Assembly (NCBI GenBank): GCA_037447605.1 | Contig: CM074804.1 | Coordinates: 6,053,909-6,117,908 of the forward strand | Source: Zygnema circumcarinatum SAG 698-1b | Lineage: Eukaryota; Plantae; Zygnematophyceae | DNA length: 64,000 nucleotides | Reading direction: 5' to 3' | Shown: positions 20,813 through 33,753 of the stretch, in pieces | Numbering within the stretch: the first letter of the stretch is position 1 | Layout of the letters: every line of letters starts with the position of its first letter | Translations under genes and position numbers: made by a program | The notes under the pieces: model-generated | Told to the model about the DNA's origin: nothing | Seen by the model: the letters and a program-made list of their open reading frames with translations, nothing else | The model's database searches: none

Positions 20813-21454
20813 GGCGGGCAGAGCTTTGGGAAAGTGAGTGCCTCCGGGTCCGCTTTCACGCGGGCAAACTGGAAAACTTTCTGACGTCACCCTGCGAGCG
20901 GCAGCAGCCCTCGCACGCGCGATCGAAGATCCGATTTTGTCCACGTGGCAGCCATCGGAGCGGGAGATCTGGCCGGGGCGAAAGTGGAGCCAACGGCGCC
21001 TTTGGCGAAGGTAAAGGAAAATTGTTAATTATTTTTGCTGCGGTCCCCTTCGCCGGTTTCAAACCGCGGCCGGGTCCGCCTCCGGTTTGCAAACCCGCGC
21101 CGCGCCGGTTCGCAACTTCGGAGTGCAGCCGGGCCCGGGCCCGGCCCGATCCCGGACGGTAATTAAAATTCGTAGGTACGGTAGAGTCAGTTTTTGGAGG
21201 AAAATGCTATACTGTAGTCTAATCACGTTATAGTGACTGTGTCGGTCCCCACATATTTGTGTCACTATATCGGTAATGACCCGTTTGTCATTTCACATTT
21301 ATAGTAACAATGTTATTAGATATGTTTTTGCGGTATATCCGTACGCCTTTGATACCGTACATTGTACTTTTTGGGCAGTCGTCACGTGGGTAGGTGTGTA
21401 CGAACCCTAGTGAGCATACGTACGGACAAGTTGATGTGTACGGTCAAGTCGATA

Positions 21455-22479
21455 GGAAAATTCTATTCTCACACCTTTTTTGTCTACACACAGACCTCTT
21501 TTCGCCGGGCAGATTTTAAAATAGACAAAAAAGGAACACACCTTTCACACCTTTTTTTCTCTCACCTTTTTTTTCACATCTTTTTGGAATCGATACACGC
21601 TACTACTGAGCGGCCGAGCGCCGTGAGCACCATTTCTGTCGGGCAGATTTTACTCCTTATCATTTATTTTCAGAGAGAAAAATATCTGCCTGCCCGAATC
21701 CGCGCGGAGGGAAAGATCCGTCCGCCACGAGATCGTTCGCGGATGGCCGTCATTTACACGTGCAATAATTTCCGCCGTCGATATTCACTCAGATCGCACC
21801 TTGGCAGATCACCGTTCGATCAGCAGCCAGGCTCTGTCCCACGTGTCCCACCCAAGCCGGCTCAAAGGACCGTACAAAAGGCGTACGTCCGCAGCTTCGA
21901 GGAAAGTCAAAAAACGTAATAAAAAGTTCAGTGCCTGTACCAATCACAGTTTGCCACGTCCAAAAATAACACGCGGCAGATGGTGATTGGTACAAGCTCT
22001 CAATGTAAGGAATTTAGACTTTCCTCGAAGCTGCGACCGTACGAATAGTGTACGGACCTCAAGCCGGCTTGGGTGGGACACGTGGGCGTGTGCCATTCGC
22101 TGGGACCGAGCCCGGCTGCCGATCGAACGGCGATCTGCCGTGGTGTGATCTGCGCTAGAATCGACGGTGTATGGTTTCTGCACGTGTGAAGGACGGCCAC
22201 CCGCGAACGATCTCGTGGCGGACGGAACTTCTGCTCCGAGAGGATTCGGGCAGGCCGATATTTTTTTCTCTGAAAAAAACAAGAAGGGGTAAAATCTGCC
22301 CGATGGAGAAAGGTGTGTCGATTTCAAAAAGGTGTGAAAAAAAAGGTGAAAAAAAAAAGGTGAAAAAAAAAAAGGTGAGAAGGTGTGAAAGGTGTGTTCT
22401 TTTTTTGCGCTATTCTAAAATCTGCCCGGCGAAAAGAGGCCTGTGTGTAGACAAAAAAGGTGTGAGAATAGAATTTTCC
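21455..22479. mobile_element. Foldback element U1 (1025 bp; long inverted arms plus a spacer of about 100 bp), MULE-related
   Basis: Termini GGAAAATTCTATTCTCACACC..GGTGTGAGAATAGAATTTTCC; 8-bp TSD AGTCGATA at 21447-21454 and 22480-22487. Confidence 0.9.
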
Positions 22480-22533
22480 AGTCGATATCTGACGGTATTA
22501 GTCGATAATGTGTACGGTCGTAATATATTTGTA

Positions 22534-24578
22534 GGAAAATTCTATGGAAAATTCTATTCTCACACCTTTTTTGTCTACACACAGACCTCTTTTCGCTGGG
22601 CAGATTTTAAAATAGACAAAAAAGGAAAACACCTTTCACACCTTTTTTTTTTTCACCTTTTTTTTCACATGTTTTTGGAATCGACACACGCTACTAGTCC
22701 TGAGCGGCCGAGCGCCGTGAGACCTTTTTCTGTCGGGCAGATTTTACTCCTTATCATTTATTTTCAGAGAAAAAAATATCTGCCTGCCCGAATCCGCTCG
22801 GAGCGGAAGATCCGTCCGCCACGAGATCGTTCGCGGGTGGCCGTCCTTCACACGTGCAATAATTTTCCGCCGTCGATATTCACGCAGATCGCACCATGGC
22901 AGATCACCGTTCGATCAGCAGCCGAGCTCTGTCCCACGTGTCCCACCCAATCCGGCTCCAAGGACCGTACAAAAGGCGTACGCCCGCAGCTTCGAGGAAA
23001 GTCAAAAAACGTAATAATTAAAGTTGAGTGCCTGTACCAATCACAGTTTGCCACGTTTAAAAAGAGCACGCGGCAGATGATGATTGGTTCAAGCTCGCAA
23101 TGTAAGGAATTTAGACTTTCCTCGAAGCTGCGACCGTACGAGCTGTGTACGGACCTCGAGCCTGCTCGGGTGGGACACGTGGGCGTGTGCCATTCGCTGG
23201 AACCGAGCCCATCGAAAGGTGATCTGCCGTGGTGTGATCTGCTCTAGAATCGACGGTGTATAGTTTCTGCACGTGTGAAGGACGGCCACCCGCGAACGAT
23301 CTCGTGGCGGACGGATCTTCTGCTCCGAGTGGATTCGGGCAGGCCGATATTTTTTTCTTTGAAAAAAACAAGAAGGGGTAAAATCTGCCCGATGGAGAAA
23401 GGTGTGTATCGATTTCAAAAAGGTGGGAAAAAAATGGTGAAAAAAAAAAAGGTGAGAAGGTGTGAAAGGTGTGTTCTTTTTTTGTGCTATTTTAAAATCT
23501 GCCCGTCGAAAAGAGGCCTGTGTGTAGACAAAAAAGGTGTGAGAATAGAATTTGGAAAATTCTTTTCTCACACCTTTTTTGTCTACACACAGGCCTCTTT
23601 TCGACGGGCAGATTTTAAAATAGCACAAAAAAAGAACACACCTTTCACACCTTCTCACCTTTTTTTTTTCACCCTTTTTTTCACACCTTTTTGAAATCGA
23701 TACACACCTTTCTCCATCGGGCAGATTTTATCCCTTCTTGTTTTTTTCAAAGAAAAAAATATCGGCCTGCCCGAATCCACTCGGAGCAGAAGATCCGTCC
23801 GCCACGAGATCGTTCGCGGGTGGCCGTCCTTCACACGTGCAGAAACTATACACCGTCGATTCTAGAGCAGATCACACCACGGCCGATCACCGTTCGATCG
23901 GCAGCCGGGCTCGATTCCAGCGAATGGCACACGCCCACGTGTCCCACCCGAGCAGCTCCTGGTCCGTACACAACTCGTACGGTCGCAGCTTCGAGGAAAG
24001 TCTGAATTCCTTATATTGCGAGCTTGAACCAATCACCACCTGCCGCGTGCTCTTTTCAGACGTGGCAAACTGTGATTGGTATAGGCACTCAACTTTAATT
24101 ATTACGTTTTTTGACTTTCCTCGAAGCTGCGGGCGTACGCCTTTTGTACGGTCCTTGGAGCCGGCTTGGATGGGACACGTGGGACAGAGCCCGGCTGCTG
24201 ATCGAACGGTGATCTGCCATGGTGCGATCTGCGTGAATATCGACGGCGGAAAATTATTGCACGTGTGAAGGACGGCCACCCGCGAACGATCTCGTGGCGG
24301 ACGGATCTTCCGCTCCGAGCGGATTCGGGCAGGCAGATATTTTTTTCTCTGAAGATAAATGATAAGGAGTAAAATCTGCCCGACAGAAAAAGGTCTCACG
24401 GCGCTCGGCCGCTCAGGACTAGTAGCGTGTATCGATTTCAAAAAGGTGTGAAAAAAAGGGTGAAAAAAAAAAGGTGAGAAGGTGTGAAAGGTGTGTTCTT
24501 TTTCTGTGCTATTTTAAAATCTGCCCGGCGAAAGGAGGCCTGTGTGTAGACAAAAAAGGTGTGAGAATAGAATTTTCC
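22534..24578. mobile_element. Inverted dimer of foldback units: U2 (22546-23553) and U3 (23554-24578, opposite orientation)
   Basis: 8-bp TSD TATTTGTA at 22526-22533 and 24579-24586. Spacer orientation flips between U2 and U3. GGAAAATTCT(A/T)T is duplicated at 22534-22545 and 23554-23565. Confidence 0.88.
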
Positions 24579-25619
24579 TATTTGTAACGCATATTCCAAT
24601 ACGTGGGTGGATAATATCGACATTTTGAACATATAGTAACAATTAGGGCTTTTCAGCGTCGTTATATCCGTAATGGCGTCACTACTGGCGCAGGATCTGC
24701 AGTGGTGCAATTCCGTTCCCGGAAAAAAAGTCAGTATATCCATGCTGTTCTTATAAACAGTGTCACTATAACGTGATTAGACTGTATTCACACCCTTTTT
24801 GCCTACACACAGACCTTTTTTCGCCGGGCAGATTTTAAAATAGACAAAAAAGGATTAAAAACGGAAAATGTTTTTTTCACACCTCTTTGGAATCGGTACA
24901 CACCTTGTTCCGGCGGGCAGATTTTATCTCACAATCCGCTCGGAGCGGAAGATCCGTCCTCCACGAGATCGTTCGCGGGTGTCCGTCCTTTTCACGTGCG
25001 TTCAATCTTCGCCGTCGATTCCTTCGCAGATCGCACCATGGCAGATCACCGTTCGATCTGCAGACGGGCTCGGTCCCAGCGAATGGCACGCGCCCACGTG
25101 TCCAACCCAAGTCGGCTAAAAGGTTCGTACAGAAGTCGTACGGTCCCAGCTTCGAGGAAAGGCGAAATACCGTACATTAAGTGCCTGGCCAATCACAGTT
25201 CGCCATGTCATAAAAAAGGACACGTGACACATGATTTTTTTTTTTTTTTTTTCCTTTTTAGATTGATATTTAATTCTGTGCCGTACCGCGTATCTGCTTG
25301 GGACGAGTATCAAACAAGCGTCGACGCCGCCCGCCACGTGGCGTCACGAGAGGGCTGTTACGCCCTTTGGGAACTGCAATTGCGAACCGCCACGTGTCCT
25401 GGTGCATACATGGCCCGCCGTCATTGGAAGGGGGTCGAAGAGTGGCGAGTCTCGAAGTCGTTGTCCGCGGGAGGGAGAGCGCGGGCGAGAGCGACCGCCC
25501 TCACCGAGTTCTCCCCGTTCACTCCTCGTGTGAGGAGGGAGGGAAGGAGGTAGGGGAGGGAGGGAGGCAGGCCAGGCAGGGCTGCAGATTTCTGCACCGA
25601 GGGAGTGGGAGCGGCTGTC

Positions 25620-28600
25620 ATGGATGCCGGCGCCTGTTGCCTGTTAGGGCCCTCCTGCTCCTTGAGAGGGCTCGGCAGGCCAGGCTTACAGGCGGGACGG
25701 TCAGCTAGTTCTGGAGCTGCTTGCAGAGCAGAAGCGCAAGCAGCGTGTACAGGATTTGATACACGTATGAGATTAGCGTGTGGAGATAATGCAATTTTGG
25801 CACTAGATGATTCAAGGAGAGCGTACAGGCGGTTGAGGGGAAAGGCAGCAGGGTGGAAGAAACAAAGGAGAATTCTTGCTAGGGTTAGCCTGCCAGGCTG
25901 CGTCGCCTCACTTTCTGTTGCAGGTGTGGAGAATGGGAGCATTGTGGACGGTTCAGATGAGGATGTTCCGATGGGTATGGGACCTTTCAAGCAGCTGGAG
26001 AGTACGCCCATGGTGGAAGAAGCCTGGAAACTTCTTCGAGCTGCCGTAGTAACCTACTGTGGTCAACCGGTTCGTTTCATTCGCTACTTCATCCCGTTCA
26101 TGGCATCCTGAACTGTGCGGCAATAGGCTGGACGATGTGTGTGAGAAGCAGAGAATGGCGAAGACTTCTTCCGGTTCATCTCTTTTCTATAGACCAAAAG
26201 ATTTGATTGGTCTGCATGAATTGATGAGGCAGGGATGTGTGTTTTGACTTTGTTGATGTCTCGGCGGCATGCAGGTGGGCACACTAGCGGCCTGTGATCC
26301 CACTGACCTCACGCCCCTAAATTACGACCAAGTTTTTATTCGGGATTTCATCCCATCTGCGCTAACGTTCATGTTGTCAGGGGAGCACGAGATTGTTCGC
26401 AACTTTCTTGTGCACACACTACAGCTGCAGGTGAACTTGCTACCTTGTAGTGGACGTCGCGTGCTCTCCTTTAAAGGCGAGGTCTTGCCAGTTGCAAGTA
26501 GGCATTTACATGAAAAAGGCAGAGGAATAGAGCTCCGTATTGAAGAGATGATGCAATCTGAAGAAATTCAGAATATGCTTTCCACTCCTTTTATGGTAAT
26601 CTGCTGCCTGATGATGGAATTAGGTGAACATGGAGTGGCCAATTGGCGGTTCCACTATTCTATTGCTGACATAAATTGGTGGCGTGTTGCACTGGAGTTG
26701 GTTTCGTTCGACTGAGCAGAGCTGGGAGAAATCAGGTGCCCATGCTGTCCCATTGATAACTGTCTTTTTTGTTCAGCACCTTGAACACCGAGTAAGGACT
26801 TGCAGTGTATGCTTTAAGTATGGTCAGTGTAGATCACGTGTTATCTCTTTGCGTAAAGAAGACCCATTGGAAACAACTCAATGGGATGTTTATGTTACAT
26901 TGATGTGGTTTTAAACTCATTTTTCAGTGGTTTTTTAAAGACTCATCACGCCAATTTCTTCCAGTCAAATTGTGGTGTTATTAGAGCCCCGTTGACTTTC
27001 ACTAAAGCTCGCGTTACGGGTGCAGTGGATTGTTTCACTCCGGGAGAGGGTCTCATGCCAGCGAGCTTCAAAGTGCGGCAAACGGCTGTGGAGGGTCATG
27101 AGGGCCTATGGGAGGAGCACCTTGACCCGGACTTTGGCGAGTCAGCGATTGGGAGAGTCGCTCCTGTAGATTCAGGTGTTGTGCATTTAACCTTTGGGCC
27201 CTGCTGCTGTAATGAACAGGACATTCGCCCCAGGACCTGTACATGTGATCATGTGCTGCCACAAAAAGAGCGCGGAAAGAGGTGGGACGTTTCGGGATGT
27301 AAATACAAACGGAATAAATTCTGACATTACATGCCGTCATGTGTTCATCTTGTTGGACGGATGAGGGTTAAAGTTCGAAGTATGTATATTATCCAAAACT
27401 AACGATCAGCCATTAACGATCAGCTGCTCTCTAAAGAAGATGGTGGGAGCAGATGCTGGAAGTCGGAGACAATTGGATTGCAAGACAGGGTAGGGACGTC
27501 GTGCTGAGATGCTATGGGCCGGCCATGCAGGGCTGTGGTGGATCATGTTGCTGCGTGCGTACGGCAAATGCACAGGGGACCTTTCGCTTCAGCAGCGTGT
27601 TGATTTTCAAACAGGCATCAAGCTGATCCTGAAGGTCTGCCTAGCCGACCATTTTGACATGTTTCCAACCCTCATTACCACTGATGGGCCATGCATGATT
27701 GATCGTCGTCTCGGCATCCACGGTCATCCTCTTGAGATTCAGGTGAGATTTCTTAGTTGTGATCCATATATAATTAGAAAAGGCATCCCTTTTGCCGCCC
27801 TGCTTTGCCAGCTCATCCCTGAGGGGCCCTAACTGAGGTTTGGAAGCTTTCTGCAGTCTCTATTCTACGGTGCTCTGAGGGCAGCGCGTGAAATGATTAC
27901 ACCTGAAAATGGAGGGGTGGAGTTAATCCGGGCAGTCAATGCGCGGCTGACAGCCCTGTGCTTTCACATCCGCGAGTACTACTGGGCGGACCTGAGAAAG
28001 ATCAACGCTATCTACCGCTATAAGACAGAGGAATACTCTCATGAAGCTGTGAACAAGTTTAATATTTATCCCGAGCAGATAAGCCCTTGGCTGTTGCTTT
28101 GGATCCCAGACAAGGGTGGCTACTTTGTAGGCAATGTGCAGCCTGCCCATATGGACTTCCGTTTTTTCATGCTTGGGAACCTTTGGGCGATTGTCAGCTC
28201 TTTGGCCTCAGCAGAGCAAAGCGAAGCAATTTTAGACCTTATTGAGGCCAAATGGGAGGATTTGATTGGACACATGCCTATGAAGATTTGCTTCCCTGCT
28301 CTGGAGGGCGAGGAATGGCGCATTATTACTGGAGCTGATCCAAAGAACACGTGCGTGCTTGTGATTCAATGGCGGGTTGGGGTTTCCAGTTGAACTTTGT
28401 TGGATTTCTACCCATACTCTGCTGAAGTTTTGATGTTGAATCTTGGTGTTGCGTACTTATTGAGTCTGAATCTGCTGTCACAACATGGGTGAGAGGTGCA
28501 GGCCCTGGTCGTACCATAATGGCGGGTCATGGCCAGTGTTGCTTTGGCAGGTACTCCCTTTCGGTCACATGGACTCTCGCCTGCTTTTCCTAGAAAACAA

Positions 28601-29299
28601 CAAAGCGGCAGGAAAATGTGCCGGCCGTTTTTGGAATGCTAACATACATGTGAAACTTTCAGCTTCTCATTCCCTTTGGTGTGCAGTGTGGAACTGACTA
28701 TGCTTTTCAATGACTGCTCTGTGACTCGAGGCAGCTGATCGTGGCATTCCTTGTTAAATGTTGCAGTTTACATTAGCCTGTATCAAAATGGGCCGCCCAG
28801 AGGTGGCGCAAAGAGCTGTGGAAGTCGCTGAGAGACGATTGTGCACTGACCGTTGGGCCGAGTATTATGACACAAGGTGGGCCCTCGGCCTGGGCCTGCC
28901 TGCATTAACACGGCGGCCTCTAAATGCATGACCTTGTACCTGTGGTTTCTTGCTCAGCGGGCTGACACTCTGCATTTAACTTAGCAAGATGTGGAGTTTG
29001 CCTCACTCATCAAGTAAAGAGTCTTATTGATGAATTGTAGAAGGTCATTTGATTGCTCTTCGCTTTGTGGGAGGGAGGGCAGGAGTGGGCGTTTCATTGG
29101 CAAGCAGGCGCGCCTGCATCAGACGTGGTCCATCGCCGGCTACCTTGCTGCCAAGCAGCTGCTTGCAAACCCGCAGGCGGCGGCCCTTCTGATCGCGGAG
29201 GAGGACTGGGAGATCGTGGAGGCGACCTCCTGTCTGCTCGCGGCCAATCCGCGGCGCAAGCGCGGCCGCCCGCCCACTCCCCCATCTGCTCCCTATTAG
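25620..29299 (+). CDS. Alkaline/neutral invertase (GH100), alpha (organellar) group; multi-exon, with an N-terminal transit-like extension
   Basis: [115 protein letters not shown]. The HGHPLEIQ variant is characteristic of the alpha group. Confidence 0.95.
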
Positions 29300-30722
29300 T
29301 CGCCCTCAGGCTCACATGTTCCACAATTTTTCATACGGTATTGTAGCAGGGTGTTTCCTTGGATGGCATTATAGCCCCAGCTCGGTGTCACGGCTGCGAA
29401 AATGCCCACATGGGCGTGTATACGTCAGCCGCGTATTTGGGCATTCATGACAAGGGTATCGTTACTATAAACGAGATGGTTCCTTGAAGAATAATTTTGC
29501 ATTCAAAGCAATGCCAACGATGTTTTAAGCTTCGGTTGGTTGTCCGAAGGGGGTTGTTCGAGTTCCTTCCCAGTGTAGAGTCTTGTGCGCATTCAATTGT
29601 TATTGTTTTATCTGTAACGCATAGCAGGACGAAGGAGGTATTCGTCTTGCATAGTTAGTGCGTCATGGAACGTCGATTGCAATAAAGTGAGAGGATGTCA
29701 GCTGTACTTTAAGATTCAAACTTCCAAGATTGTATCATCATTCAAGAGCACGGTTCAATTGAAGTCAGGCTGCTTGTGATTGGCTTAAAACGGCTTATGG
29801 CCAGAGCGTCCCCTTGCATGTGCCATGCGGCATCTCCTATTACAGTGGTGAAGTCCACTTACCCTTCCTTAGTCAGTGGATGCCAATAGAGGTAGAGGGA
29901 GAGTGCAGATTCATCGGAGGGTGTAGAGATTAGCATCCTTTGAGGATTGGACACGCAATTAAGGAAGTGTCAAGCAGGGTTTGTAGAACTCTGTTAGAGG
30001 AAAGGGAACATCTAGTTCGTTGGCACGTTGGAGTAGCATGTGAGAAAAGACAAGAACCCAAAGTTTGTGTACAAGAGGAGAGTGGCAAAACGATGCAATC
30101 TGCGTCGGCCTTGGAGGACCACCTTGTACAGGGTAGGCTGATTAGCTTAGAGGGGGTAGAAGGGTGTTCCAAAATTGGACTTGGCGGATGGTGCAGAAGG
30201 AGAGCTTGTCCATGGGGACAAGTTGACTCATGTAGTGAGGTCCCAGGATCGTGCAGCAAAGGTAATCGGCGGAGAAGGCACTTCATGTTGGAAGCCCACA
30301 ACAATGGCGTGAGGATCCTGCGGTACATCAGGAGCCATTGGTTGGTCATGTACGTGATGGTTGGTGGGAGACCGTGCCAAGAGGTCGAAATCCCTTGTTT
30401 GATGATTGATGGCTGGGCATGCGTCATCTGCATGCGTGTCCGGGAAAGGGGAGAAGGATCCCGCGAGGTTGCGCAAAGGTTGCCTCAGGAGGCTCGCCCC
30501 TGCGGCCGTCCCAAATCGCAAGTCCCAAGTTCCCGACCGCATTTGCAGAGGCTTTCTGTTCGATCGACTGTCATAATCAGAGTCGTAAAGTAGTAACCAC
30601 CTCCAATTCATTCTGGCATTGACTAATCCCTGGCTAAACCTAGTCACCGCCAGTCAGCCACCTCCTGCATGTCCGCCTCCGAGGGGTCCAATTCGTACCG
30701 TCCGTACCTCGAAGGTACAGTA

Positions 30723-31203
30723 CAGTCAACAGTCCTCATATTTTCGCCATGGTTTTGGCAAATATGAGGCGAAAATATTGATTTTTGCAAATAGAAGGTT
30801 CGTGTTACCAATAGACGGGCGGTATTGTTAGAGTTCATGTTGGACCGTACGTATCGTACCGCGCCATATCGTACCGTATCGTACCGTTATGTTAAGTATC
30901 GTATCGTATCGTGTCGTATCGGAGCCAAGGAGGAGGAAAGACGAGCGAGCTCCACTTACGGCGGCACGTGCGGAAAGATTCGGTGAGTTTTGCTGAAGCC
31001 CGTAACGGCTAGTACAGCAAGTACGGCAAGTACGGCTAGTACGGTTTTTAGGGTTTCTAGGGTTTTAGGGTTTTAGGGGTACGAATAGTACGGGTAGTAG
31101 GGCCAACACAGAGTTACCGTACAAAAAGGTGGTTTCGGCAAAATCGGGGCGAATTTCTTGGGGACGCACTGTACAGGGTGGAAAATATGAGGACTGCTGA
31201 CTG
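30723..31203. mobile_element. Tc1/mariner (pogo-like) MITE J, 481 bp
   Basis: TA|CAGTCAACAGTCCTCATATTTTC..GAAAATATGAGGACTGCTGACTG|TA; one mismatch in 23 bp. Confidence 0.82.
31045..31079. repeat. Four TTTTAGGG-like telomeric units inside MITE J
   Basis: ttttaggg tttctaggg ttttaggg ttttaggg. Confidence 0.7.
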
Positions 31204-31238
31204 TACCACTAGGGACTTACAGTACATTTGTCTGTACA

Positions 31239-31440
31239 AAGGGGAGTCAGACCTTGACCATCGCCAAATCAATTTCGTAAGCCTGTCGGGCGAATTAAGC
31301 ATTGGCTAGGTACGCATTTCGGTATGGCTGGGGTCGGCGGAGCCGCGGATCCCGATCCGGAATTCGTACACGAAAGTAGCGACTTTTAGTATAAGAAATT
31401 CGGGAATTTCGTAAGCGATGGTCAAGGTCTGACTCCCCCT
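31239..31440. mobile_element. MITE family B, full copy (202 bp)
   Basis: 26-bp TIR A(A/G)GGGGAGTCAGACCTTGACCATCGC; flanks ACA and ATA. Confidence 0.82.
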
Positions 31441-32817
31441 ATAACCGACTTTTAGAGTTTTAGATTTCAGAATTAGAACGTTCTAATAACTAAGAGTTTC
31501 AGGGTTTAAAACACTTTTAGAACTTGCCATACGACCTTTAAAATTGAACATCCGCTAGCTTGAATGGCACATTTCATCCGTACGAACATACAGCCGTACG
31601 CTTGTTCGGCCCTAAAAGTTGTTTTATAAAACGGCCTTACTTTTAGGGTAGTGATATTTCCACCCCTTTTTTGGATCCAAACACCCCTGCCCGGCCGGGC
31701 AGACATAAAAAAGGACAAATAACGGAAAGTGGCGTTTTCACACCTTTTTAGAATCGATACAACACCTTTTTCCGTCGGGCAAATTTTATTTTTCAAAAAA
31801 AAGGTCGAAACCCTAAAGAGTGCGTCCGCCCTGCCACAAGATGTACTTGCATTTCGGTACATTCCTGTACGGTATTATACGGCATCCTATTAGTTCCGTT
31901 GAGTTAAAGCTCGGTCCGAACCTCTACTCGCCAGTAAATCCAGGAACGTAAGATCCAACTGAGACACGGCACGTGCACAAATTTGTACACGTGGCAGATA
32001 ACCATTGGCTATAGATCAAGGCCCGACGCTACGTGTGCAGCCGATTAACGGCCGTTTTATGGTCCTATGTTCTAGTAACTGCCCCACGGAACAAGACCAA
32101 AAACTGACTAAGATCAGTCCAAGGTTGCGAAACTGGCTATGTTCTATGGAAATTTTCAGTCAGGCCGACATTATGGACTTATGGATGGGGTCCAGCCATG
32201 GGCATGGCTTCATATTGAGCATGGCCATCGCCAGAGCAAGCCATAGGTTGTAAGCCCTATAGGTTGTAAGGCTTAACATACATCCTCAAGAACATAACGC
32301 TTACATTTACAACAACAAACTACTGCCCATTGTTTGGTGAATCGACTTCTTGAACACAAATTATGTTCAATAGGGTTCCTGCCGCTCAGCAAGAGGCAGG
32401 CTGTTCCTCAAAAGATAGAATTGGTTCTACACAGTCTGAAGCTTTGCTCCTATTCCAAAAACACTTGTCAACTGGCAGCCCACTGAGGTGTGTAAAATGA
32501 GCCAAAAGATTAAGCAAGACATTACTACAATCTACAACAAACTCTTTTGTTCCTCGATTTTGTTCTCTCTAGTGATAGCTCTCTCGCTTCTAGACAGATG
32601 TTTTATTGAAGCTCTATCGCCAGATGCCTTGTTTTCATGACAACCCTTACCCCCACCTGCAGCCCTCCCAAACCACCATTATTTGGCTGTTATAAAAACA
32701 ACTGCATAAGGGACCACAAAGAACTCATTGCAAAGGACTTAAGGACAAAAAAAAAAGTGAAGGGTAGAAACGTACCCTAGGCTCAACCACCCTGCCCCCT
32801 CTGAAAGCAGCTGGGAA

Positions 32818-33021
32818 GGTCCTTCATCGATGGTGATCACTTTTTGCGAACAAGTTCTTGAGTTATGCCCTGCTTGACTGCAAACCCTACACTTAGGTCC
32901 TTCTACATATTCAAAGTGAGGTCCTTCATCGATGGTGATCACTTTTTGCGAACAAGTTCTTGAGTTATGCCCTGCTTGACTGCAAACCCTACACTTAGGT
33001 CCTTCTACATATTCAAAGTGA
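32818..33021. repeat. Perfect 102-bp tandem duplication encoding two CCHC knuckles
   Basis: HFEYVEGPKCRVCSQAGHNSRTCSQKVITIDEGP x2. Confidence 0.95.
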
Positions 33022-33753
33022 GATTTATCTCTGATGATGCTCGTCTTCTTCTTAGAACCTACTGGTCTACCACGTTTCTTAACTACAACTAAAGGCTCGT
33101 GAATTTCAACTTTTGGCGTATCCAGGACTTCACTAAGGCGAGCCATCAAGCTGCCTGCACGAGGATTCCCAACACTGAGTACTTCCTGTAAAGTACCTGT
33201 CATCTTCTCCATAAATGGTTCATATGGTAGCGCAACTACATTGACACTTGGAAAAGCCAAAGGATTCTTGATCAATAGCCACTGCTCATGAATGTCTTGT
33301 AAATAGATTGGAGTTTTGGTTTCTAAACAGCCCCGAATATAATGATGACAGGGTAGCCCCCATGACTTTGTGAACTGCATACTGCATATCTGCTCTTCAT
33401 ATCCCCCATTTTCAGCAAGTTTTATCTGTTCCAACAGTTTGTCCATAGCAAATTCAGAAACCTTGAAGATCAAATCCTTGAAACAATGATGGTTGAAACG
33501 ATGTGCCAATCGCTGTTTCTGCTTCTCGATAGCAGCATTGAGTTCTACTTGTTGATTAGCCAACATAAGCCCCAATCGCTTTGTTGCCAGAAATAAGTGC
33601 AATGTTCCCACACCGAGATATGACTTGATCTTATGATGGTTTCCCTCTACTCGAGATGTGCTAGCGTTACCGAAGTGGGGAAACTCATCTACAAAGCATG
33701 CTACAAATCTCTCCTTGTGTGGCATCCATGTCTTATTAACGTAATGCCAAGCA

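Larger units (their letters stand above)
21216..24784. mobile_element. Tc1/mariner (pogo-like) MITE E, about 0.48 kb once the nested inserts are removed
   Basis: Perfect 22-bp inverted repeat AGTCTAATCACGTTATAGTGAC at 21216-21237 and 24762-24783. The right end reads ..AGACTG|TA. Confidence 0.7.
21199..25215 (+). mobile_element. Older, diverged single arm of the foldback family (U0), split at its terminal TA by MITE E: 21199-21209 plus 24785-25215
   Basis: GGAAAATGCTA on the left and TATTCACACC.. on the right rejoin to approximately GGAAAATTCTATTCTCACACC. 24787-25215 aligns to one arm of U1. Confidence 0.6.

Noticed and set aside
21362-25180. ORFs up to 358 aa in the foldback array
   Set aside because: Mirror-image translations of non-coding inverted repeats; homopolymer indels break frames between copies.
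29930-30647. Overlapping 140-217 aa ORFs after the invertase
   Set aside because: No recognisable motif in any frame and no splice pattern I could support. Could be decayed TE DNA; needs a search.
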